Part shown: positions 50,126 to 62,834 of the stretch, in pieces
Numbering within the stretch: position 1 is the first letter of the stretch
Layout of the letters: every line of letters starts with the position of its first letter
DNA from: Mobula hypostoma
Taxonomy: Eukaryota
Assembly: GCF_963921235.1 (NCBI RefSeq)
Contig: NC_086097.1
Coordinates: 170,564,001 to 170,628,000, forward strand
Direction: 5' to 3'
Length of the DNA stretch: 64,000 bases
Position numbers and translations under genes: made by a program
The notes under the pieces: model-generated
What the model saw: the letters and a program-made list of their open reading frames with translations, nothing else
What the model was told of the DNA's origin: nothing
Databases searched by the model: none

Positions 50126-50774
50126 ATATAACCGAAGGTGGATGGGGTCCTGGATGCAGAGAGCACCCCTGAGAAGCTAGGAGTTTGTGGTGTTGAGAGC
50201 TTGGGAGTTTTGGGTGAGCTGCTAATTTAGTTACACCATTTGTAAGAATTAGGCTAAAGGCTATGATATTTCCTCGTCCTGATAGCTCATATAATATTGG
50301 GTATTAGACCACGTTAACATACTCCAGACCCAGAAGGAGAAAGTTCTTTTTGATTTTAATCTGATGCGGACATTTTTACCAAGGCCATTATTTGCCTGTT
50401 CCAACTGTAAATGCTTGCAGGGACTATGCAGAGGGCAGTTAAGAATCAATCACATTGGTTTTCTTTCATTAATTTTATGAGTTCAGATGCTATTAGCAAA
50501 GCCAGCAATTATGTCCATTCCTAACTACCCTTAAGGAGGTGGTGGTGAGCCATAGCCTTGGTGTGCTTCAGTCCTTCTGGTGATGATGCCCTCACAGTAC
50601 AGTAGGGAGACTTCCAAGATATAGACTCAATGAGATTGAAGGAGTGGTGATACAATTCAGAATCCAGATGGCATATAAATGAAGGAAACAGAAAATGGTT
50701 GTAGATATTGTGGCTTTGGGGAGTGTAGTCTGGGAAAGTCTTTCAGTGCATTTTTTGTGCATGTGATGCTGCTA

Positions 50775-51065
50775 CAAGTAGGGTTCTCATATTCCATCTG
50801 GGTAGCTTCCAACCTGATGGCATGAACATTGATTTCTTTAACTTCTAATAATTCCCCCCCCCCCCACCATATTTTTATTTCTCTCATTCTCTCTTTTTCC
50901 ATTCCCTCCCCCTCTTGGTTACTCTCTTAATCCTTCTCTTCTTCTCTGCCTTCATGACCTGGCCATCACTTTCCTCTGGTTTCCCTCCTCCTTCCTTTTA
51001 TTCCTTGATCCACTGTGCTCTCTTATTAGATTCCTTTTTCATCAGCCCTTTACCTCTTCCACTTC
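50775..51065 (+). mobile_element. PLE 3' fragment (end of GIY-YIG + pyrimidine tract), HHR tail missing
   Basis: LIFHLGSFQPDGMNIDF translation. Confidence 0.85.
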
Positions 51066-51160
51066 GTAAACACAAAATAATCTGCAGATGCTGGGGTCAA
51101 AGCAACACTCACAACATGCTGGAGGAACTCAGCAGGTCGGGCAGCATCCGTGGGAAAGAT

Positions 51161-51198
51161 CGGTCGACGTTTCAGGCCGGAACGCTTCGTCAGGACTG
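51161..51198 (-). ncRNA. Minimal type I hammerhead ribozyme, catalytic core intact
   Basis: CAGUC CUGACGA AGcguuccggcCU GAAAC GUC GACCG: CUGANGA, GAAA and a GUC triplet, with an ACGU palindromic stem III. Stems I and II are weakened by mismatches. Confidence 0.8.
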
Positions 51199-51518
51199 TA
51201 GGGGGAAGGAGCAGAGGCCCCATAAAGAAGGTGGGGGGAGTGTGGGAAGGAGAAGGCTGGTAGGTTCCAGGAGAAAAGCCAGTAAGGGGAAAGATAAAGG
51301 GGTGGGGGAAGGGAGGCAGGGAGGGGATAGGCAGGAAAGGTGAAGAAAGAATAGGGGAAAACACAATGGGTAGTAGAAGGAGGCGGAACCAAGAGGGAGG
51401 TGTAGGCAGCTGGGGGAGGGGGCAGAGTGACATAGGGATAGAGACAGGGAGGGGGAGTGAATTACCGGAAATTGGAGAATTCTATGTTCATACCAAGGGG
51501 CTGGAGACTACCTAGACT

Positions 51519-52632
51519 GCACTTGATCTTTTTATCTCCAACTGTCGCCGAGACATCAACCATCTCAACTTCACCACTCCTCTCTCCTGTTCCAACCTCA
51601 CTCCCTCTGAACGCACTGCCCTCCACTCTCTCCGCACTAATCCCAACCTCACCATCAAACCTGCTGACAAAGGTGGTGCTTTAGTAGTCTGGCGGACGGA
51701 CCTCTACCTCACTGAGGCCAGACGGCAGCTCTCTGACACCTCCTCTTACTTACCCCTGGAACAGGACCCCACCAAAAAACATCAAACCATTGTCTCCCGT
51801 ACCATCACCGCCCTTATCAACTCTGGAGACCTTCCATCCTCAGCCACAGAACTCATAATTCCCACACCCCGCACTGCTCGGTTTTACCTCCTCCCCAAGA
51901 TCCACAAGCCTGACTGTCCCAGTAGACCCATAGTTTCTGCCTGCTCCTGTCCCACCGAAGTTGTATCTGCCTACCTGGACTCCACTTTTTCACCCATAGT
52001 TCAGTATCTCCCCACCTACATCCGAGATACATCCCATGCCCTCCACCTCTTCAATAACTTCCAGTTCTCCGGTCCCAACTGCTTCATTTCACTATGGATG
52101 TCCAATCCCTATACACCTCCATTCCCCATGAAGAAGGCCTCAAAGCCCTCCGCTACTTTCTGGATAATAGATCTCACCAGTTCCCCACCACCACTACCCT
52201 CCTCCGGTTGGTGGAACTGGTTCTCACACTCAATAACTTCTCTTTTGGCTCTTCCCACTTTCTTCAGACCAAGGGTGTAGCTATTGGAACTCACATGGGT
52301 CCTAGCTATGCCTGCCTCTTCGTTGGTTATGTGGAACAGTCTGTGCTCCAAACCTATTCTGGTACTGCTCCCCAACTTTTCCTTCGGTACATTGACGACT
52401 ACATTGGTGCTGCTTCCTGCAACCATGCTGAGCTTGTCAATTTCATCGACTTTACTTCTAACTTCCACCCAGCCCTCAAATTCACTTGGTCTACCTCGGA
52501 CACTTCTCTCTCCTTTCTCGATCTCTCGGTCTCCATCTCTGGAGACAGACTGTCCACTGACATCTTCTACAAGCCCACTGACTCTCATAACTACCTCAAC
52601 TATACCTCTTCCCACCCTGCCACATGCAAAAA
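51519..52632 (+). pseudogene. PLE reverse transcriptase core (one frameshift at about 52088)
   Basis: PLE-diagnostic DKG motif plus RT motifs including YIDD; no stop codon seen in either frame segment. Confidence 0.92.
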
Positions 52633-54540
52633 TGCCAAAACTAGATAATCTACATCCTTTGTACACCATGGTTCTTTTACCCTACCATCCTTTCCCTGCC
52701 TCAATGGAACATACCAATGCAGAACACCATGCAAATATTCTCTGAACATTTGCCACATTTCTGCCAGGCATTTCCATGAGAACATCTGTTCCCAATTTAT
52801 GTTCCCAAGTTCCTGCCTAATAGCATCATTTTTCCCAAATTGTCTTCTCCTATCCGTCTCCAGTGCTATGGTAAAGAAGATAGAGTTGTGATCAGTACCT
52901 CCAAAATGCTCTACCACCGAGAGATCTGGCACCTGACCAAGTTCATTTCCCAATACCAGATCAAGTACAGCCTCTCCTCTAGTTGGCTTATCTGCATATT
53001 GCATCCGGAAAGCTTCCTGAACACACCTAACAAACTCCAGCCCATCTAAACCCCTTGCTCTGAGGAGATGCCAGTCAATATTAAGAAAGTTAAAATCACC
53101 CATCACAACAACCCTATTATTATTGTACCATTCCAGAATCTGCCTCCCTGTCTGCTCCTCGATGTCTCTGGTACTATTGGGGGGGTCTATAAAAAACACC
53201 TAGTAGAGTTATTGCCCCCTTCCTGTTTCTGACTTCTACTCACAATGACTCAGTAGACAATCCCTCTATGACTTCCTCCTTTTCTGCAGCTGTGATACTA
53301 TCCTTGATTAGCAATTCTACTCCCTCACCTCTTTTGCCTCCCTCCCTGTCCTTTTTGAAAAATATAAGGCTCAGCACATTCACCAGCCATTCCTGCCCCT
53401 GAGACATCCAAGTGTCTGTAATGGCCACAGTGTCATAGCTCCACGTATTGATCCATGCTCTAAGTTTATCTGCCTTGTTTATGATATTCCTTGCATTAAA
53501 CTAGCCACATCTCAAACTATTTGGCTGAGTGCACCTGTGCTCTATCATCCCTCCTTCCAAACTCTCTACAAGCTGTCTCTATTTGTGTGCCAGCTGCCCC
53601 ATCCTCTGCCTCTTCACTTTGGTTTCCATCCCCTTCAAATCTAGTTTAAACCCTTCCCAATAGCATTAGCAAACTGCCCTCCCAAAATATTGGTTCCCCT
53701 CCAGTTCAGGTGCAACCCTTCCCACTTGTACAGATTATGCCTTCCCCAGAAAAGTTTCCAATGATCGATGAGCTTGAAACCCTGCCCCCTGCACCATCTC
53801 CTCAGTCATTCATTCATCTGCGCTATCTTCGTGTTCTGACATTCTCTAGCTCATGTCACTGGGAGTTATTCGGGGATGACCACCTTGGAGGTCCAGCTCT
53901 TCAGCCTCCTTCATAACTCCCTAAATTTACTGTGCAGGACCTCCACCTCTCTCTTGCTTATGTCATTGGTACCAAAATGTACCATAACCTCTGGCTGCTC
54001 ACCCTCCCCTTCAAGAATATCTTGTTTCCACTTAGAGACATCCTGAAGCCTAGCACCCAGGAGGCAACACACTATCCTGGCGTCCCTTTTGCTGCCACAG
54101 AATCTCCTATCTGTACCCCTAACTATTGATTCCCCTATGACTATTGCTCTGCCAGACTTCATTCTGTCCTTTAGAGACAACCACAGGGCTATTGGTCTGG
54201 CTGTTACTGCCTTGCCCAGATAGGTCATCCCCCTCAGCATTATCCAAAGGTGTAGACCTGTTGCTGAGGGGAATGACCACAGGGGGGCCCTGCACTGACT
54301 CCTTTCTCCCTTTACCTCTCTTGGTGTTCACCCATCTACTCCCTGAATCTGCACTCTGGGTGTATCCACCTGTTCAAAAGTCATATCTGTGACAAATGCA
54401 CTGCCTCCCGGATGATCCTAAGTTCATCCAACTGCAGCTCCAGCTCCTTAATGTGGTCTTTCAGGAGCTGGAGTTGGCTGCACTTCCTGCAGCTGTAGTC
54501 ATCAAGGCGACTATCAGGTTCCAAGAATTCCCACATCCCT
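52633..54540 (-). mobile_element. CR1 LINE 5' half (ORF1 esterase + APE), 3' part missing
   Basis: AIVIGESIVRGTDRRFCG, VHFGTNDI; AITDTW, VVMGDFN, LDLVL, TDHN. Confidence 0.9.
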
Positions 54541-55404
54541 CAGGACATTAGCTATTCTCCAATCCTCTGGCACCTCTCCTGTAGTTAAGGCTGATTTAAA
54601 TATCGCTGCTAGGGCCCTGAAATTTCTGCACTTGCCTCCTACAGAGTCTGAGGAAACACCTTGTCAGGCCTTGTGGATTTATCCACCCTCGTTTACCTCA
54701 AGACAGCACACACCTCTGCCCCTGTAATATGTACAGGGTCCAGGACCTCATTGCTGCTTTGCTTCAATTCTACAGACTCTGTGTCCGCCTCCTGAGGAAA
54801 CACAGATGCAAAAAATTCTGTTAAGGTCTCTGCCATCTCTTTTGGATCCACACATTCCGAAATTCCAGAGGGCTAATTTTGAACTTACAGAGGACCAGAT
54901 TTTGTTCTTGAAATGATTCAGGCCTTGAGCTGTTGGTATAGACATGATATCAGAGATTGGGTCCCCAGGCTGGTGTATGGCTTGGAGGGCAACTTCCAGA
55001 TGATAGGCGTCTCCTGTCCTTGTCCTTCCAGCTGATTAAAGGGCATGGGTTTGGAAGGTACTGTCTAAGGAATGAATTAAAGGATTATTCATCATCTGTG
55101 GCAGGAAAGACATGGAAGTGGACAGATTTATTCTAATGTGCTGAGGTGCCAAATTCATCAAACATGCTAATAATTTTGCCTGCCCTGAAACAATGAAGGA
55201 ACAGCAAGTGGCTTAATTTTGTCTGACAAGTGATTAATTTGGGGATTGTGCATGGAAGGAAGTTCTCTTCAAAATTGTAGTTATTGTAATACCTTAAACT
55301 GCATATAATGATGCTCTCTTAGAGAAATAAAATACTGAGAAGATAAGAGAAAAGCACAATGAGATAGGATGCTGTGAATTTAACTGTTCTATTATTCCAG
55401 CTAC

Positions 55405-56040
55405 ATAGGACGTAGAATAGCACACAGGAAACAGGCCCTTTTGCCCACAATGTTGTGCTGAGCGACTTAAACTAGTAATTAACTGATTAACTAAACTAAC
55501 TTCGTCTCCCTGCACCATATACATATTCCTCCATTTCTGGCATGTCCACATGCCTATCTACAAATCTCTTAAATGTTCAATATCTGCCGCCATGAACACC
55601 CCAGGCAGTTTATTCCATCCACCTATATGTATATATAGGTGTATATATAGCCTGTATATAAAAGCTGCCCCACACATCTCCTTTGAACGTAACCCCTTCT
55701 CACTTTAAATGCATGCTCTCTAGTATTAGACATTTCAACCCTGAAAATAAAGATAAAGGCTGTTTATGATATCTGTGCCTTTCATAATCTTACAGACCTC
55801 TGGGATTATATGATTATGAAATGCATAGATAGTGTAAACAGGGGTGCTAGTAGAGGCTGATGCATTAGGGACATTTAAGAGACTCTTAGATTGGCACATG
55901 AATGAGAAAACAGAGGACTATGCGGGAAGGAAGCGTTAGATTGTTCTTGGAGTAGGTTAAAAGGTCGGCGTATCATCATGAGTCAAAGGGCCTATACTCT
56001 ACTGTTTTATGTTCCTGTCCTTTTTAAATGTGGTGACCAG
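55405..56040. mobile_element. CR1 tails (minus then plus)
   Basis: acaggcccttttgcccaca..; acatttaagagactcttaga..aagggcct. Confidence 0.7.
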
Positions 56041-56734
56041 AATTGAATGCAGTGTCTGATTATGGCAATAGGATAGGGACTGGTATATTGTTGTGAGGAC
56101 TTATGTTGAATACATGCTTCTATCACATTACTTTAAACGAACGCAGCACTGAATATCAATAAAGCATATTGTTAACAGCTAAAAGTTTCAAATGCACAAT
56201 AATCAAAAGTAGAAAAAAATCAGACTAACTTCATGTATTGGCATGTTTTAGAAATAGGTGGGAATAATAATTGTGCTTTTAATGTGGGAAAAATACACTG
56301 AAAAATAAATACCAAGCAACTGAAGAAAGTATCTAATCCAGGTGAATATTTTTGTTTTATCTGTGATTTCAGGCCAAACATCTTTGAGCAGGTGAAAGAA
56401 TGCTGTTTGGAGTCTAATGATATTCTTGGCAATTCTTATTCCAGTGGATTTCTTTACTGAGCAAAGGGTTTGTTTGTCTGCCTTTGGGATATAGATCATT
56501 ACTCTTTGTACACTGCTTGTAGCTTTCAAATCAATGCTGTATAAAAGCAGCAACTTGCAATTTGTATAGAGACCATTTATGACAACCGAGACTTGTATTT
56601 ATATGAGGTCATTAGAATGGTAACACATTCTGCAGGAGCACAATTCAATGAATTGGTGCCGGGTGATGTCAAAAGACTTTGTATTCCCATTTTCCTTAGT
56701 GGATGCAGTCATCGCTGTCCAGGTTAACATACAT

Positions 56735-58060
56735 TTAATGCTTATTGGCTGGGGCATTGAGTATAAAAGTCGGGAAGTCATGTTGCAGCTGTATTAAACT
56801 AAGGTGAGGCTACACTTAGAACATGATGTGGAACTCCATCCACCCCATTACAGGGAGTACATGAAGTTTTGGAGAGGGTGCAGAAAAGGTTCACAAGCCT
56901 GGATTAGAATTTATTAGCTAGAAGGAGAGTTTGGATAAACCTCTTGTTTTACCAGAAATGTTGGAGGTTGAGGGGAGATATGATAGAGGTTTATAAAATC
57001 ATAAGAGAAGCACATACAGGGTAGACAGTCAGACTCATATCTCCAGGATGGAAACCTGAAATATCAGAAGGCATAACTTTAAAGTGAGAGAGAGAAGAAT
57101 GTTTGTTTAGTTAGTTATTTCGTGATACAGTGAGGAGTTGGCCCTTCCGGCCCTTTGAGCCACACTGCCCCAGCAACCCCCATAAACCTGATTAATCCTA
57201 ACCTAATCATGGGACAATTTACAATGTCAAATTAACCTACCCAGTATGTCTTTGGACTGTGGGAGGAAACCAGAGGGTCTGGAGAAATTCCACACTTTCC
57301 ATGAGGAGGACGTATAGAGAATCCTTACAGAACAGCACCAACATTGATCACTGAACCCTGGAAAGCCCTGAGCTGTATGTTACGCTACTGTGGCACCACT
57401 AAAGGAGACGTGTGAAGATCAGACAGTGGCAGGGCCCTGGAATGTGCTGTCAGCAGACGATACAACAGCTACTTGTCAGAGGCATTTAGAAGACAAACAA
57501 ACAGAAAGCGAATATAGATCTTTTGCAGCAGATAGGATTAGTTTAAATTGAAATCATGGCTGTCACAGACATTGTGGGCTGAAGGACCTGTTTTTGTGCT
57601 GTACCTCTCTATGTTTTATGTAGTTATGCAGCTGCTTATGATTTTGAATGCCTTTATGAGCTGGTGCAGTTATTATAAGAAGGCCATCACAATAGGTTAC
57701 AATGAAGTCATTTGCTTTGGAGTCTCTAGTCAAAGGGCTGTTGGAGATAGAAAGTAGATGGCAGAGAACGCATCACCATATAAGAGATAGACAAATCTGG
57801 AGCACGGAGACTTGGGATAAAGGAGAAGAGATTTAGAGGGGACTTTCACCTAGAGAACAGTGAGTACCAAGAATACACTGCCTGAGAGAGTGGTGTCAGA
57901 GCCACTGACAGTGCTTAAGAAATGTCTGGACAAACACTTGAATCCTATAGATATAGAAGGTTAAAAGCCAAACATGAAGATGGGATTAATATAGATGGGA
58001 GCTTATTTGTCAGTGTTGAGATTTGGGATGAATGTTTTTTTCCACGTTGTATGACTCCAT
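56735..58060 (+). mobile_element. CR1 3' fragments, the first interrupted by a SINE
   Basis: GIEYKSREVMLQLY translation; CR1 3' UTR. Confidence 0.75.
57100..57398 (-). mobile_element. HE1/V-SINE-like SINE
   Basis: (TTTG/TTAG) tail, ggcccttccggccc, ctttggactgtgggaggaaacc core. Confidence 0.8.
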
Positions 58061-58154
58061 AATCCTATGGCTCCCATGAAGTATATTGATAGGCCAGATA
58101 TATACAGTATGTTCCCCCAAACTGAGGACAACGCCTTAATTCCACACTCAGTGA

Positions 58155-58720
58155 TGTTATGTATTGTAACTCCAAAATGTAAATCAAATTCAAAGGAAGA
58201 CAAGAGAGTCGGGAGATAAGCCGTGCACATTATTTTTACTTTAGGCGAGACGCGCACATCACGTGGTAGCGTCATGACATGTGCAATTCACTTAACTTTT
58301 ACATATAACCCATAATGAATTACTTAAATGAATAGGAATGCTTAATCAAACAACATATTTACAAAATTACTCAAATACTTGTTTATTTGTTCATTTTGTA
58401 TCGTGTTACATGACCATATTGTTCTTGGCAAACTTTTCTGCCGAAGTGGTTTGCCATTACCTTCTTTTGGGCAATGCCTTTACAAGATGGGTGAAACCAG
58501 AAATTTTTAGAAGCTGGCTGGCGTTATTGGTCGCATAACCATGATTTGTGATATGCTCCAGCTGCTCATATGACCATCCACACCTGCTCCCAGGGTTTCG
58601 TGTGACCCTGATCAAGGAGGCTAAACAGGTGCTACACCTTGCAGGCTAGTGGAGGAAAGGAGCGTCCTTTGGTAGAGACATATCTCCGCCCTGCCACCCA
58701 CTGAAATATTAAATATGCAA
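58155..58720. mobile_element. Possible solo-LTR-like element interrupted by an insertion
   Basis: Starts TGTTATG; CpG-rich patch ggcgagacgcgcacatcacgtgg; the right end is cut by CR1 sequence. Confidence 0.35.
58380..58699 (-). mobile_element. RTE-related short non-autonomous element
   Basis: gaagtggtttgccattaccttc is the reverse of the RTE 5'-UTR-type motif GAAGG.AATGGCAAACCACTTC; flanks ACTCAAATACT / ACTGAAATATT. Confidence 0.6.
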
Positions 58721-59340
58721 GGAAGGCAAATGCAATGTTAGCATTCATTTCCAGAAGACTTGAATATAAGAGCAAAGACATGATGCTGAGACTTTAACGT
58801 ATTGGCCAGACCACAATTGGGGTATTGTGAGCACTTTTGGGCCCCTTATCTAAGAAAAGATGTGCTGGCATTGGAGAAGGTACAGAGAAAGTTCACGAGA
58901 AAGATTGTGGGAATGAAAGGGTAAATGTATGTAAATATTTGATGGCTCCAAGCCTGTACTCACTGGAGTTTAGAAGAATGAAGGGAGATCTCATTGGAAC
59001 CTATCGAATATTGAAAGGCCTAGATAGAATGGATATGGGGAGAATATTTCCTGTAGTAGGTGAGGCAAGTACCAGAGGGCGTGGCCTCAGAATAGAGGGA
59101 TGTCCATTTAGAACAGAGATGAGGAGGGATTTCTTTAGTCAGAGGATGGTGAATCTGTGGAATTCATTGCCATGGGTGGCTGTTATTGAGTATATTTAAA
59201 GCAGAGGTTGAAAGGTTCTTGATTAGTCAGGGCATCAGAGGTTATGGGGAGTGGGATAATAAATCAGCCCTGATTGAGTGGCAGAGCAGTTTCAGTGGTC
59301 CAAGTGGCCTAATTCTGCTCCTATGTCTTTTGGTCTAATG
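58721..59340 (+). mobile_element. CR1 3' fragment
   Basis: LYSLEFRRMKGDLI..TRG..RRDFFSQRMVNLWNSLP. Confidence 0.9.
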
Positions 59341-59609
59341 CTAACCTGAGAAACTACAGAGTCTGAAGAACCCAGACAGCAGCATGAGGAATACAACAAC
59401 TTTAATATTCATTTTGCCTCTGGCACCTTCCATCTTGCCAAGGGGAAGGTTCACAGAGCAGTTGCCTCTGTGATGTATGTGTGTAGCTTCAGCATGCGGC
59501 GGTGGGTGGTCAATGGGTTGTTCAGTCAGAATATGAAACCATTAATTAATACATCTATGTCCTCTTGTATATACAGTGGCTGCAAGTTCCTTTATTTTAA
59601 TTTTTTTAC

Positions 59610-59835
59610 TTTTATTTAGAGATGCATCACAGTAGCAGGTCCTTCTGGTCCAGCAAGCCCACAGCACCCACTTACACCCATGTCATCACTTAACCTACTA
59701 ACTGTCTGCCTCTGGAATGTGGGAGGAAACCCCCACGGCCCTGGGGAAAATGAACAAACTCTTTATAGACAGCGGCAGGAATTGAACAGAGGTCACTGGT
59801 GTTGTAATAGCATTCTGCTAACTGCTGTGCTGCCC
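59610..59835 (-). mobile_element. HE1/V-SINE-like SINE
   Basis: T-rich tail, tggaatgtgggaggaaacc core, ggaattgaac (reversed B box). Confidence 0.78.
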
Positions 59836-59859
59836 CTTTGTGTTACAATATAGTCAGAG

Positions 59860-62825
59860 GATAGCACAGCACAGACACAGGCTCTTCAGCCCCTCTAGTC
59901 CATGCCAAACCATTAATCTGACTAGTCCCATCGATCTGCACTCAGACCATAGCCCTCCATCCATGATCCTATCCAAATTTCTCTAAAATGTTGAACTCAA
60001 CCACCCATCCACTATTTGCACACATTTCACGCTCTCACCACCCTCTGAATGAATGTTCCCCCTCATGCTCCCTTTAAGCAGTTGACCTTTCACCCTTACC
60101 CATGACCTCTAGTTGTAATCTCACCCAAACTCAGTGGAAAAAGCCTGCTTACATTTACCCTATCTATACCCCTTATAATTTTTGTATACCTCCATCTAAT
60201 CTCCTCTCAATCTTCTCTTTCCAGGGAACAAAGATCCGAACCTATTCAACCTTTCCCTATGCTGTAACTGAGGTCCTCCAGACCAGGAAACATCCTTGTA
60301 GATTTTTCTGCACCCTTTCTATCTTATTTACATCTTTCTTGTAGGTAGGTAATCAAAACAATACAAATTAGGCTTCACCAACATTCTATATAATTTGAAC
60401 AAAACCACTGACAACATCTGCACACAATTTCTGATACCAATATACAAAGATACACTTTCTGATGTGTGTTGAAGAAATGAACAGATGTTGATCTAAAAAA
60501 GAACATGTTTTCTGAGGACTGACTATAATATGAACCAAGCTACAATGATCAAAACGAGATGTTTTTAGGCTAGGCAAATAAAAATACAGGTTATAGACTA
60601 TCAACTTGAAATGGCATTTCTGTTTGTTTCTCTCTACGTGTGCTGCCTAACTTGATTACTTCTTGCATTCTACTTTTATTTCAGATTTTCAGTATCTGAA
60701 GTACTTTTTTGTTTTACAACATAAACACAGTGTATGGTGCAACCATGCTCAAAATCATAGCACATGGTAGACTGCATTCTTAAAGGAACACCTTTAATTG
60801 TAATTGGAATTCAAATTGCCTTTTTTTTTATTGTCAAGTGTGCTGAAATACAACAAAAAGCTGGTCTTACATACTGTTCGTGCGGATCATTGAGGTAGAA
60901 TAAGGTGAAACAGTAACAGCACAAACTATGTGTAATATACAGAGATTGTGCAGTGCAGGTAGACAATAAGGTGCAAAATTATAACAAGGTAGATAGTGTG
61001 GTCAAGAGTTCATCTTGTACTAGGCAACCTTTCAATAACCTTATAACGGCAGTGTAGAATTTGATCTTGAGTAAGTAGTACGTCTTGGGTGTCAGGTTAA
61101 GGATAGCGACAAGGATGAGAGAACTGGGGTAATAATGAAGAGTTAAAAGAAGGAATTCAGTTCTGAGGTCAGCAGTCCCCAAAGGCAGAGGTCTGAGGTC
61201 CAAGGTCTGTGGGCTCTGAGAGCACAGTGAGTACTGGGGTCAGATGTTTGAGGTTAGAAGTCTCTAGATTTGAACCCAAGGTCGGTCAGCAGGTTTTGAG
61301 GTCAGAGGGCTGTGATGTTTAAGTCCTGGAGTCAAAGCCCAGACGTCGGTGAGTCTGGAGCTCGAAGTTTAGAAATTGAAGCACTAAGGTAGGCAAGTCC
61401 ACATGTCAAAGCCCAAAGATTGAAGCTCCAAGATGGTAAGTCCAGAGGTCAGCAGCTCAATGCCTGTGAGTTCATGGCCATAGTCTCAAAGGTGCCCTGC
61501 CCTGGGGTGAGTGACCTGTCAGAGTGTGCTGGTAGTTGTAGGGTGCAAAAGGGATTCGTTTTGTTGTTGATATTCTTTGTTGCTATTGTGGTTTTCTTCT
61601 TGTTGCTTAAACTGTTTTGCTGATCATTGTAGGCATGCTATGTTGGCTCTGAGATGTGTGGCACTGCTTGTGGACTGGCCACAGCACATCCTCAGACTGT
61701 ATTGGTTGTCAGTGCAAACAATGCATTTCGCTTTATGTTTCGCAGTACATGTGATTAACAAATATGTCTAATCTAATCTCTGCCCAATGGAAGAAGGGAG
61801 AAGGGAGTATATCCTGAACAGTTAAAAACTTGTGGGTCGGTCTGTTAATTAGCCACTGTAAATTGTTCCTTGTTTATGATGACAATTGAAGGAGTAGACA
61901 CAAGATAAGAGCAGAATTAGGTCCTTCATCTCATCAAGTCTGCTCCACTATTCAATTGTGGCTGATTTCTTTTCTCAACCCTATTCTCCTGCCTTCGCCC
62001 CCTAACCTCTAATCCCCCTGACCCATCAATAACCTGTCAATCTCAGCCATAAATACACCAATTGACAGCTTCCATAGCCCTGTGTGGCAACAGATTTCAC
62101 AGATTCCCCAGCCTCTGGTTGAAGGCATTCCTGCTTGTCTCAGTTTAAAAGGAATGCCCCTTTATTCTGAGGTGGTGCCCTCAGATCCTGGACTCTCCTG
62201 CTAATGGAAATATCCTCTATCGAGATCTTTCAGAATCCAGTCGGCTTGAATGAGATACCCCTCGTTCTTCTGAACTCCATCAGGTAAAGGCTCTGCACCA
62301 TCAAACACCCTTCATACGTTAAGCCTTTCATTCTTGGCAGCCTGGAAGGAGTTGTGAATGAGGGGAAAACAAAAATGGGATTTGTGTAGAACTAGCATAA
62401 CAGGGGTGATTGATGGTCAGAATGGACTCAATAAACCAAAGGGATGGTTCCCCTGTTGTGTGATAATCTGGATCGAGACAATTGGCTGCAAGGTGGTGAA
62501 CTGAGCTCTCTGCCTTGTTTACAGAGAATCGCAAGTTAGCTAAATCAAGGTGAATGCCATCAGGGGACGCTAACTTTTGTCGATCTTCTGATTCCAGCAA
62601 TAATCAAAACCTGACATTGTCACCCAATCAAAATCAAAGTCAAAAATCACATTTACTGTCATACACACAAGTACACATTTGCATAGGTGCAAAGAAAATC
62701 TTACATGCAAGAGCATCACTGGCACATAGTATCAGATGCTCAAATTTAAAAAATCGAAATCACAATTTAACAACTTAAATTGTACAAAATTGTAAAAGAA
62801 AGAACATATTTAAAACAAAACAATA
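59860..62825. mobile_element. Mosaic: CR1 minus (about 59860-60385 and 61900-62335), Rex-like tails (about 60825-61080, 61500-61775, 62625-62825), SINE tail (about 62340-62470)
   Basis: Family-shared tail motifs as elsewhere in the window. Confidence 0.65.
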
Positions 62826-62834
62826 ACAAAGCCC

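Larger units (their letters stand above)
51066..52632. mobile_element. Young PLE insertion with an inversion: minus-strand 3' end (51066-51516) joined to a plus-strand RT segment (51517-52632)
   Basis: Minus pLTR with HHR; plus-strand IKPADKGG, FYLLPKIHK..RPIVS, MDVQSLYTSIP, QTKGVAIG, LRYIDD, FLD, YKPT. Confidence 0.92.

Noticed and set aside
55620..55660. Palindrome cacctatat..atataggtg
   Set aside because: Low-complexity (TA)-rich expansion inside a CR1 tail.
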